A DNA stretch of 64,000 nucleotides. Origin: an uncultured bacterium. Its GTDB lineage: Bacteria > Vulcanimicrobiota > Xenobia > Xenobiales > Xenobiaceae. The translations under genes were made by a program, and so were the position numbers. Of this stretch, positions 1-7,882 are shown in pieces. Location of the stretch: contig CATXCY010000002.1 in NCBI GenBank assembly GCA_958366945.1, positions 66,917 to 130,916 of the forward strand, in the 5' to 3' direction. Below the pieces are notes generated by a model. The model did no database searches. It saw only the letters and a program-made list of their open reading frames with translations, and was not told where the DNA came from. Position 1 is the stretch's first letter. Each line of letters begins with the position of its first letter.

Positions 1-5
1 ACAAG

Positions 6-1289
6 TTAAAAGTTACTTGGAGAAGATTTCCTTTTCTCTGAGGGTAGCTGTCCCGATATATGATCGCCGGGGTAGCGGCAACATTCAGACATAGGAACAC
101 GATAATATCTAGGGTTGATAGGTTCATCCCATTCATAAAAAACATTATGGCCGCATTGAGAAAGTAGAGTAGGGATTATTATTAGCCAGAGAGTGATAAG
201 TATAACTTTTGAGTAAGTAGAATTGGCTAAACTTTTGATGCCAACAGACACTAGAAGTGCAAAAGCTGGCATAATAAAAATTAAGTTTCTGGTAATAATC
301 AGAGGTTGAACGATTAAAGAGATAATCCAATGTGTAATTAAGGGCACAATAAGCCAAGCCGATATAGTCAGTATACGCAAATCATTTTGGATTCGATAAT
401 CTTGCCAAGCTTTTTTTAATCCTATAGCTAAAAAGGCGGCTATAGAGATGAGAGTAATTAAAGAAGTGGGATGAAGTAAATATTCTTTTAGACCTACCAA
501 ACAACAATAAATATTTAGATAAAGGTTGAGGCTTAAAGGCGGGTAAGCACTCATGCGCCCTAGGGCTTGGCTGTCCCAAAAGGGCATAGGCAAAAAGGCC
601 AACAAAGAGAGTAAAGCGGAGGTGATTAAGCCTCGGCGCAACTTAATATATTGTTGATTGTGCTCTGAATTTGAGCATGTATACAGATAAATAATTAACC
701 AATGAGCTGGAAGCAAAGTTAAATTATTGAGGCTAGTGTAAATATTGATAACGGTTAAACAGTGATAGATAAACCAGTTTTGCCAGTTTGGCTTAGATAA
801 AATTTTGCCTAAAGCACAAGTGAGAAGTATGGCAGCCAAAATGCTAAAAATATGATAACGCAAATAATTAGAGTAAAATTGATGGCAGCCATTAACGGTA
901 AGTAACGCAGTGGCTAGAAGGGCTGTATATTTGTCGGTATAATTTTTGCCTAATTGGAAGAAAACAGCCAGGCCTATAAGAGCACCTAATAACGAGCTGA
1001 GGCGGCAAGTAAAAACTGTGTCGTCATGTAAAATGCGTCCAGTAAATTCTTGCCAAGGATGTTGAATAAATTTGTAATAGAAAAGGCCGTTTATTTCTAT
1101 GGGATCGGCGCCGTGCTCCGGCTGGAAATATTCATAAACGGAACGATAAGAGAGAGTGTTGGTGCCTGGCTCATCGCGAAAAAAACCGCAGCCTTGGAAT
1201 TGACGAAAGCGTATCAAGAAAGCTCCCAACAATAGGCTCAGCAGAAGTATGGCAACTAATACTTTAGAATATAGAGTGGAGATATTCAT
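6..1289 (-). CDS. Polytopic membrane protein, candidate GT-C (ArnT/PMT_2-like) glycosyltransferase
   Basis: 427-aa ORF with many hydrophobic spans. The first TM is followed by a loop with a DEP motif (FFRDEPGT), as in GT39/ArnT-type transferases. Family call is from the remembered pattern only. Confidence 0.4.
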   Translation of the reverse strand: MNISTLYSKVLVAILLLSLLLGAFLIRFRQFQGCGFFRDEPGTNTLSYRSVYEYFQPEHGADPIEINGLFYYKFIQHPWQEFTGRILHDDTVFTCRLSSLLGALIGLAVFFQLGKNYTDKYTALLATALLTVNGCHQFYSNYLRYHIFSILAAILLTCALGKILSKPNWQNWFIYHCLTVINIYTSLNNLTLLPAHWLIIYLYTCSNSEHNQQYIKLRRGLITSALLSLLAFLPMPFWDSQALGRMSAYPPLSLNLYLNIYCCLVGLKEYLLHPTSLITLISIAAFLAIGLKKAWQDYRIQNDLRILTISAWLIVPLITHWIISLIVQPLIITRNLIFIMPAFALLVSVGIKSLANSTYSKVILITLWLIIIPTLLSQCGHNVFYEWDEPINPRYYRVPMSECCRYPGDHISGQLPSEKRKSSPSNF

Positions 1290-1316
1290 GACTAAAAGTG
1301 ACAGTCGGTTTCCTTT

Positions 1317-2135
1317 TTAGGGAGCGTCTCTTTTTTTATCGGTGGACAAGTTATAAAATAAATGTAGGTTGCGACTGCATATTTCTTGTAACTGTGTAGG
1401 GCTAACTGACCAATAGGGAGCTAAAAAAATAGCTAATTCTCTTAGCAAGTCTGATGAAGAAGCTCCCCAGGGAGCATCACTTTCCAGTAAAAGCTTTGAG
1501 AGCGGAATAACTTTAGCTAAGGATGCTAATTTTTGGCGCTCGGTATCTGCCGCTGTAGTGCTCGCTTTTATAAGTAATTTGCTATTTAAGGAAATATAAA
1601 AATTAAGTTTAATTAGACGCGAAGCTAATTCTGGCGCTCCCCAAAAAGCGTGAATTAAGCTTTTTTGTAGCGGTTCTTTTAGCTCAGAAAAAGCATTGAA
1701 TAAGTGTCCGTAGCTTTTTACACAATGAATAACCATAGGTAAAGCATATTTTCTAGCTAATTGGTATTGAAATGTAAAAAGTTTATGTTGCCAAGCAAAA
1801 TTTGGCTGCTGACTATGTACTTTGTCAAAGCCTATTTCGCCTATGGCACAAGGATAAGGAAAAGAATTTAACCAGTTTTCCAGGGAGTGCAAATAACTTT
1901 GCAATTTTGTCTCCCCCTGAGGATCTGTAGCTAGAGTTTCGGCTAGCCAAGGATGTAAACCTAAAACGAAAGGTTGCCTATATTGACAGCTCCACTGGCG
2001 CAATTTCCCCCACTCCTGTGGGCATGCTGAAGCTCCCACACCTTCTATAACAGTCTTTGAGTGTGTACAATTGTCAGTGGAAGTGGACGCAGAACTGGAA
2101 ATGCTTAGAGGATGAAAATGCGCATCTAAAAGCAA
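1317..2135 (-). CDS. TatD-family metal-dependent hydrolase
   Basis: N-terminal HxH (LLDAHFHPL), IGEIGFD, VIHCV, IHAFWG and ESDAPW motifs. TTG start with an AGGAG about 10 nt upstream. Confidence 0.8.
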   Translation of the reverse strand: MLLDAHFHPLSISSSASTSTDNCTHSKTVIEGVGASACPQEWGKLRQWSCQYRQPFVLGLHPWLAETLATDPQGETKLQSYLHSLENWLNSFPYPCAIGEIGFDKVHSQQPNFAWQHKLFTFQYQLARKYALPMVIHCVKSYGHLFNAFSELKEPLQKSLIHAFWGAPELASRLIKLNFYISLNSKLLIKASTTAADTERQKLASLAKVIPLSKLLLESDAPWGASSSDLLRELAIFLAPYWSVSPTQLQEICSRNLHLFYNLSTDKKRDAP

Positions 2136-2304
2136 AAGTATTCATCTCCTAAATCGTCAAATTTAGGCGTTTCTATTCGCTGTCAGCAAGGGAAATTGCC
2201 TGCGCCTGAGAGCTAAAGGAAGTTGACGATTATTCAGCTAAATGCTCAACATATAGGGCTCGGCCGAAACCAGAGCCAAAGTCATTTTTGAATCGGAGGA
2301 CAAT

Positions 2305-2814
2305 ATGGAAGTTTCTGAAGCTATTAGAAAACGTCGCAGTATCCGTCGCTATAAAGCTGGTGCGGTAATTCCGCGTGAACATTTTGAGAAAATTTTGGAA
2401 GCGGCTATGATGGCTCCCAGCGCTTGTAATACTCGCCCTTGGGAGTTTTATGTTGTGACTAATCGCGAGACTCTCGCTCGTTTACAGCAAGTGATGCCTT
2501 ATGCTTCCATGTTGAGTACTGCTTCAGCTGCTATTGTAGTTTATGGTTTGCCTCAAGTACAAAGTGGCATTTCTGACGGTTTTTGGGTTGTAGACTGTGG
2601 CGCTTGCACGGAAAACATCTTACTTGAAGCTGCTGGTTTGGGCTATGGTACTTGCTGGTGTGGAGTTTATCCTAAAGAGAAAAATATTGAAGGAATATGC
2701 TCTGTTTTGGGCACTAAAGGAGTACCTTACAGTTTAATAGCTATTGGTGTACCTGATGAAGAACCCGTGGCTCGCGGTAAATACGAAGAGGCTAAGGCTC
2801 ATTTTATAGAGTAA
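2305..2814 (+). CDS. Nitroreductase-family protein
   Basis: 169 aa. RRSIRRY near the N-terminus, SACNTRPWEF, and the size are typical of small FMN nitroreductases. GGAGG lies upstream of the ATG. Confidence 0.85.
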   Translation: MEVSEAIRKRRSIRRYKAGAVIPREHFEKILEAAMMAPSACNTRPWEFYVVTNRETLARLQQVMPYASMLSTASAAIVVYGLPQVQSGISDGFWVVDCGACTENILLEAAGLGYGTCWCGVYPKEKNIEGICSVLGTKGVPYSLIAIGVPDEEPVARGKYEEAKAHFIE

Positions 2815-2866
2815 AGTCGCTATTTTTTCTGCTTTTCATAAAATTCGAACGAATGTTTAAATAAAA

Positions 2867-2918
2867 GAAAGCCCCGTTGCTTTAGGTTCAATTTGGAGCA
2901 GCGAGGCTTCCTTTTTGG
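2867..2918. terminator. Rho-independent terminator between convergent genes
   Basis: Arms gaaagccccgttgct (2867-2881) and agcagcgaggcttc (2897-2910) pair with one mismatch, followed by cttttt. An A-run on the other side gives a T-run for the minus strand. Confidence 0.55.
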
Positions 2919-2937
2919 GGAGAAGTTAGGCTTGGCT

Positions 2938-5529
2938 TTAAGGGGCTATAACGCGTAAAAATGCTTCAACTACTTGTGGATCAAAAGCCGATCCTGAACC
3001 ACCTTTTATAATTTCGCACGCATCGTAAACAGAATACGTTTTGCTACCTGGTCTCCTTTGAGTTAAAGCGTCAAAAGCGTCACAAACGGCAATTATACGT
3101 GCTGCTAAAGGAATACGATCTCCTGTCAAACTGTCTGGAATGCCGCGTCCATCCCAGCGTTCGTGGTGAGCACGAATAACTGGACAAAGTGCTCGTAAGC
3201 TTGGTACCGAATTTATAATTTCTTCGCTATAGCGAGGGTGGTCCTTAAGAAAATTGTATTCTTCAGGCTCTAAGTGTCTAATAGTTTGTAATAACCACTC
3301 CGGCCATCTGAGGCGACGGGCTCCTTTAGTTTGCAATGCCTCTTGATACTCATCTGAAGTGATATAGTTAAATAAATCGTCTTGCTTATTGGCGTCTTCT
3401 TGCTGGAAAAATATATCTATTTCTCCGATGTCTTTAAACATGGAACCGTATTCTATTTGACGACGCGTTCTAACATCGTCAATTTTTAGTTCGGCGGCAA
3501 TTTTTTCTCCCCACTCGGCTATACGTACCAAATGATCGTAAGCGGCTTTTCCACCTAGGCGAACCATAAGAATTGCACCGTTAATGCCATTTTCTTCTGC
3601 GTTATGTGAAGATGTCTGAGAAGCGCACAACTGTTGGAACAAGTCGGAAACAGACGGCCGTTCAGCGGCGTTGCTAGCTCCGTAGCGTCGGCTGCTGGCA
3701 GGAATATACTTAGTGCGCATACCTTCCATGCGTATAGGAGCTTTGGTACTCAGAATAAGCTTACCTACCCATCCCGTTTCTATATTCTCCAAATTTTCGT
3801 TGTAAGGCTCGTGTGCTGAAGGAGAAAGGTGCAAAGGATATTTCTTGTCCAGTCCTTCTAAGCGCTTGGCAAAGGCTTCATTAAAGGAGACTTCTTCTTC
3901 CTCGTTTGTGCCATAGTAATCACAAGCTTGGCTGAGTTTGAGCATACTGCTTCTCATGGTCTTGCTTGTTGAAGAGCCAAAAGGCATAGAAGGTAACTTG
4001 CTGCCGATTGTCGCTCCTGGAACTGGTGCAAGAGAGTCTGCAGGAGCCATTTTTATAGGCGTGCTGCTGCGGCCAATTTGTCTTTTTACTCTGGGCTGAT
4101 AGAGAGAGTCTAATACTGGTGAGTAAACTGGAATACGTGAATTGGCTGGGCGCCCACCAAAATTGAGAGCTAACTCTAGGCGAATTTTAGCCATAGGCAC
4201 GCTTGAATCGACAGGTCGACTCTCTGTCGCTACAGCGGATCTGTTTTGAGATGCTGAAGTGTGTTTCGGCGCTGTGGCCAGAGCAAAAGTAGAGTCTGGC
4301 TTACGGAAAGCTTGAGGTGCCGCTAAAGCGTTTGGCATATTCATTAAAGGAGTACTGCCGGGAGGGAGTATGGGCTTGCCCACAAGAGGAGGCAAAGGAG
4401 TAGGTTTGGGAATAGATACAGCAGTGCCCAATGGGGACGAAGGCTGCTGTGGTAAAGATAGTTGCGCAGAAGTGGCATTTGCAGCGTTTGTTGGAACGGC
4501 AGTGGAAGAGGAAATGGAACCGCTGTCAGTGGCTCCATCGGTTGGTTCGGCCTGAGCGTTGGGTTCGTTGTCGGTGCTATTGTTGATAGACGGAATTAAG
4601 GGCATTTGTCCAGCTTTGGGAGTAAAAGTTGAGGCAAATACTGATTTACGCTCTTCTTGGGCCTGGGCTCTGGCTTCTTTGCGGCTCACTTCGCGGAAAG
4701 GCGACTTATTCAACTGATTCATAATCAGTTTACTGGAAGTGGTTTGCAACTGAGGAGCAGCGTTAGGATTTTGCAAGGGGGTAGAAGCCAGAGGCGTAAA
4801 GGTGCCTGGCTTAGAAAAAGCTTTACGCGGGGCAACCTTAGGAATGTAAGTTCGGGCCTCAGCTTTTTCTTCTTCCTCTTTTTTCTTGGCGCTGCGAAGA
4901 GTATATGGCAAAGCTTCTTGCTTGAGGGTTTGTTTAGCCCAAGAAGCATTTCTATCGACACTGCCACTAAGATCGATGCGTTGTCTGGCTGCTGTTTCGT
5001 TTAAGATAACTTGAGTTTTGTCCAGTTGGCGTTCTGAACTAACTCCACGCAATATGTCCTCGATATTGACTTCTTTTTCCAGCAACTCGGCTCCGCTGGG
5101 CAATTCTGCTTCAGGATCTGGTTTGACATGCTGGGCAGAAATAAGAGCTGTTTTTAAACTGTTAGACTCTGAGGCTTGAGTAGAAGAAGGTACAACAGGA
5201 ACAGCTGTTTTGGAGGCGCTAAGATCACGCAGTTTCTTCAAATTCTCAGAGTTGAAGGAATCATCCGGAACTTTAGCTGTCTCTTCATCGCCATCAGAGC
5301 CGATAGGAGTATTTTTTGCATAAGCTCTGAGCTTTTTGTACAGTTCATCGTAAAGTGCTAAAAGCTCTTTTGGAGTAGGCGGAGCCGATTTCTTTTTGGG
5401 CGGTTTTCTGCCGGGTGCACTGTTTATAGCCAGTCCGCTGTTCATAATAGGCGTAGTAGACTGGCTGGAAGAACGCATAGTATCGTCATTCCCAGAAGAT
5501 GATGAATTGCTCCGGTTGCTTAAGGTCAT
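2938..5529 (-). CDS. HD-GYP-domain protein with a long low-complexity N-terminal region (degenerate HD motif)
   Basis: The C-terminal ~250 aa carry HHERWDGRGIPD, IIAVCDAFDALT and FDPQVVEAF (HD-GYP signature). The first ~600 aa are Ser/Thr/Pro/Ala/Lys-rich with no recognisable domain. Confidence 0.8.
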   Translation of the reverse strand: MTLSNRSNSSSSGNDDTMRSSSQSTTPIMNSGLAINSAPGRKPPKKKSAPPTPKELLALYDELYKKLRAYAKNTPIGSDGDEETAKVPDDSFNSENLKKLRDLSASKTAVPVVPSSTQASESNSLKTALISAQHVKPDPEAELPSGAELLEKEVNIEDILRGVSSERQLDKTQVILNETAARQRIDLSGSVDRNASWAKQTLKQEALPYTLRSAKKKEEEEKAEARTYIPKVAPRKAFSKPGTFTPLASTPLQNPNAAPQLQTTSSKLIMNQLNKSPFREVSRKEARAQAQEERKSVFASTFTPKAGQMPLIPSINNSTDNEPNAQAEPTDGATDSGSISSSTAVPTNAANATSAQLSLPQQPSSPLGTAVSIPKPTPLPPLVGKPILPPGSTPLMNMPNALAAPQAFRKPDSTFALATAPKHTSASQNRSAVATESRPVDSSVPMAKIRLELALNFGGRPANSRIPVYSPVLDSLYQPRVKRQIGRSSTPIKMAPADSLAPVPGATIGSKLPSMPFGSSTSKTMRSSMLKLSQACDYYGTNEEEEVSFNEAFAKRLEGLDKKYPLHLSPSAHEPYNENLENIETGWVGKLILSTKAPIRMEGMRTKYIPASSRRYGASNAAERPSVSDLFQQLCASQTSSHNAEENGINGAILMVRLGGKAAYDHLVRIAEWGEKIAAELKIDDVRTRRQIEYGSMFKDIGEIDIFFQQEDANKQDDLFNYITSDEYQEALQTKGARRLRWPEWLLQTIRHLEPEEYNFLKDHPRYSEEIINSVPSLRALCPVIRAHHERWDGRGIPDSLTGDRIPLAARIIAVCDAFDALTQRRPGSKTYSVYDACEIIKGGSGSAFDPQVVEAFLRVIAP

Positions 5530-5613
5530 GGCTGGCTCACCTAATTAAAAAATGAATGGACAAGAATTTTTATGGTTGATCTCGAGCCGCTCCGGCAAAA
5601 AAAATATTTTTAG

Positions 5614-6216
5614 CTAAGGTTTGTCGTCGCCGTCGAAGTCGTCGGGATCTAAATTGTCAATAAATTGGGACAAAGTGTCATCTTCAGCTGTTAAATTTTG
5701 TACAGCGTTGGAACCTGAACTCTCTTGGTCTTCATTGGCCTCGTCATCACGATCTGATTCTTCTTCACCTACATAAAAGACGTCTTCTTCAGCTTTTGGA
5801 GTGTCAAAACTTATGCTTTTAACTCCTTCAGAGCGCAACACTTCTTCTTCGGCATAAATAGGAGCGTCGGCTCGAAGAGCTATGGCTATACTATCTGAAG
5901 GACGTGCGTCTATAGTAATTTCTTCACCATTTTTTAATAGCACTAACTTGGCATAAAAAGTGCTGCGCACAACTTTAGTAATGATAACTTCTTTGATAGA
6001 AGCGCCAAGACTGTTAATGATTGTTTTTATAAGATCGTGAGAAGTAGGGCGAGGAACTTCCGTACCTTCCATGGCTAAAGCAATGGCTGTCGCTTCAAAC
6101 ACGCCTATGGTAATGGGGAGACTATGATTTTGATTCTCATCAGTCAGAATTACGACTGGGTCGTGGGCAATAATGTCGATACCTAACTTGTAGACTTGCA
6201 TTTTGCAAAGAGCCAT
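5614..6216 (-). CDS. Bifunctional nuclease (BFN/DUF151) family protein with an acidic C-terminal tail
   Basis: PITIGVFEATAIALAMEG, PRPTSHDL and IDARPSDSIAIALR match the BFN-domain pattern. The last ~60 aa are Asp/Glu-rich. Confidence 0.7.
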   Translation of the reverse strand: MALCKMQVYKLGIDIIAHDPVVILTDENQNHSLPITIGVFEATAIALAMEGTEVPRPTSHDLIKTIINSLGASIKEVIITKVVRSTFYAKLVLLKNGEEITIDARPSDSIAIALRADAPIYAEEEVLRSEGVKSISFDTPKAEEDVFYVGEEESDRDDEANEDQESSGSNAVQNLTAEDDTLSQFIDNLDPDDFDGDDKP

Positions 6217-6410
6217 AGATGAAAGAACCTTTCACTGCGGGAATATTACGCCTGTATCCCGTCTCTCTGATATTGGCTAACTAATTTCGACTATAACTCT
6301 CCAGATCCTAGTTTACCTTGTGGTGATAATCTAAAATAACGGTCTAGGCAGGCGGAGATCTTCTTTTGCAGTAGAAAAGCTGAAGCTTGATTAGGAGCTT
6401 GGGGACAAGT

Positions 6411-7031
6411 ATGAGTAGTGATTGTAAGTTAAATATTGCTCTTATAGGCAATAGCGAAAATTTAATTACCTGGGGAACTATTTTATCCAGAAAAGGACTG
6501 ACTTTAAGTGGCATTTATATGCCTGCTCATTGGGCTGCTTTGGCTAGCGTTTTGCTCTTGGGATGCCCTGCCTATAGTACTGGCTTGGAAACTGCCGAAT
6601 CTGGGGAACTTCTGTTTATCGAAGCCGATTTCTTCGCAACTTGGGAAGAAACTGAAAAGCAGCAGATCCTTCAAGTTAAGGGGCCTCGGGCTATTGTTTT
6701 CGTGCATTTTAATGGAGCCGTTCAGGCTGAAAAGTCAGACGAAGAGAAGCTCGACAAAGTATCTCAACAATTAGTTAGTCGCGCCAATATCGCTAATAAA
6801 TATCTGGACAATTGCGAATTTTATGATCTACAACTCTATGGCTCTTTGCCTCTTATTGGTAAAGATGTCCTTAGAGTAGACGAAGTTTGTGCTGGGCGTC
6901 CTCACGAGCCGAATCCAAGTGAAGATTATGTTTTGAGTTGTGCGGGTGTAACATTTGTGCTTAGGCCTTGGCAAGATGAACATAGTCAGGAAGCCGGTAT
7001 CGGTCGCATAATTGAAACCGTGCTCGGCTAA
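6411..7031 (+). CDS. Hypothetical protein, Rossmann-like N-terminus with a degenerate glycine motif
   Basis: The ORF opens at 6387 (TTG); the ATG at 6411 is preferred. NIALIGNSENLITWGTILSRKGLTLSGIY resembles a beta-alpha-beta dinucleotide fold but lacks GxGxxG. Confidence 0.4.
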   Translation: MSSDCKLNIALIGNSENLITWGTILSRKGLTLSGIYMPAHWAALASVLLLGCPAYSTGLETAESGELLFIEADFFATWEETEKQQILQVKGPRAIVFVHFNGAVQAEKSDEEKLDKVSQQLVSRANIANKYLDNCEFYDLQLYGSLPLIGKDVLRVDEVCAGRPHEPNPSEDYVLSCAGVTFVLRPWQDEHSQEAGIGRIIETVLG

Positions 7032-7047
7032 GGGAGGTTATATTTAA

Positions 7048-7770
7048 GTGGGTGAACGTTTTTCTGTGGCAGTAGTTACCGATTGGCAAGGAACGGCAGG
7101 CCCGGCTATTTGCAATGCTCTGATCCAGGCCGGTTTTAGTGTCTTGATAAACGGTCCTCAAGACGTGCTTTTCAATATCCCTCCTTCTGACGCTATGGGT
7201 AAAGTGTTGGCTCAGCCTTTCGATACTACCAACGAGCAAGAAGTGCAAGAAACTTTTTTAACTTGCGCCAATCATTTGGGCGGTATTGATGTTTTGGTCA
7301 ATAACAACTACTTTTGGAATGACGCGGCTTTGGGTGACATCACGGAAAAGATGTGGGAAGAAGTAATCAATCGCGGCTTAAAGAGTACCTTCTATTGCAG
7401 CAGAGCGGCTAGCCGTTTTATGAAAGCTCAGGGCTATGGCAAAATTATTAATGTTATAAGTTCATCTGCGTTTAACGGAGTTTATACCCAATTTGCTTCT
7501 GTTTGTGCTGGCATCCATTCTTTAACAAAATCGTTAGCCAAAGAGTTGGCTCCGGAAGTGAGAGTTAATTCTGTGGCTCCCGGCCTTATTGATGAGCCTT
7601 GGATAGACGAGGGAGGCAAAGATCTCAGAGAAATGCTCATTAGAGATATTTTGCTTAAACGTTTGTGCTCCAATGATGATATAGCTGAAGCTGTCAATTA
7701 TTTAGCTTGCGGAGCCGATTTTATGACTGGCCAGATGCTTGTTTTAGACGGTGGAGAGTGCTTGCATTGA
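7048..7770 (+). CDS. Short-chain dehydrogenase/reductase (SDR) fold protein, predicted catalytically degenerate
   Basis: SDR-like throughout (DVLVNN, RVNSVAPGLI, the MTGQMLVLDGG C-terminus). However TGxxxGxG reads TDWQGTAG, NNAG reads NNNY, and the YxxxK position reads FASVC. GTG start. Confidence 0.7.
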   Translation: MGERFSVAVVTDWQGTAGPAICNALIQAGFSVLINGPQDVLFNIPPSDAMGKVLAQPFDTTNEQEVQETFLTCANHLGGIDVLVNNNYFWNDAALGDITEKMWEEVINRGLKSTFYCSRAASRFMKAQGYGKIINVISSSAFNGVYTQFASVCAGIHSLTKSLAKELAPEVRVNSVAPGLIDEPWIDEGGKDLREMLIRDILLKRLCSNDDIAEAVNYLACGADFMTGQMLVLDGGECLH

Positions 7771-7882
7771 TGTTAACTTCGACAGTGCTTTTTTAGCTGT
7801 TTGTTTTGCTAAATGCAAGAATTTAAAGCAATAATCGCCGACAGTTGCTCTATTGGGCGACTGTCTTTACTTGATAAATTTT

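Noticed and set aside
3634-5361. Several 60-115-aa ORFs on both strands within the HD-GYP gene (for example 4657-5004 plus, 4725-4967 minus)
   Set aside because: They are embedded in the low-complexity coding region of a long, continuous ORF that ends in a bona fide domain. No independent support.
5575-5610. Terminator between the nuclease-domain gene and the HD-GYP gene
   Set aside because: The gccg-ctc-cggc hairpin has only 4 bp. The A8 run is on the wrong side for a minus-strand terminator.
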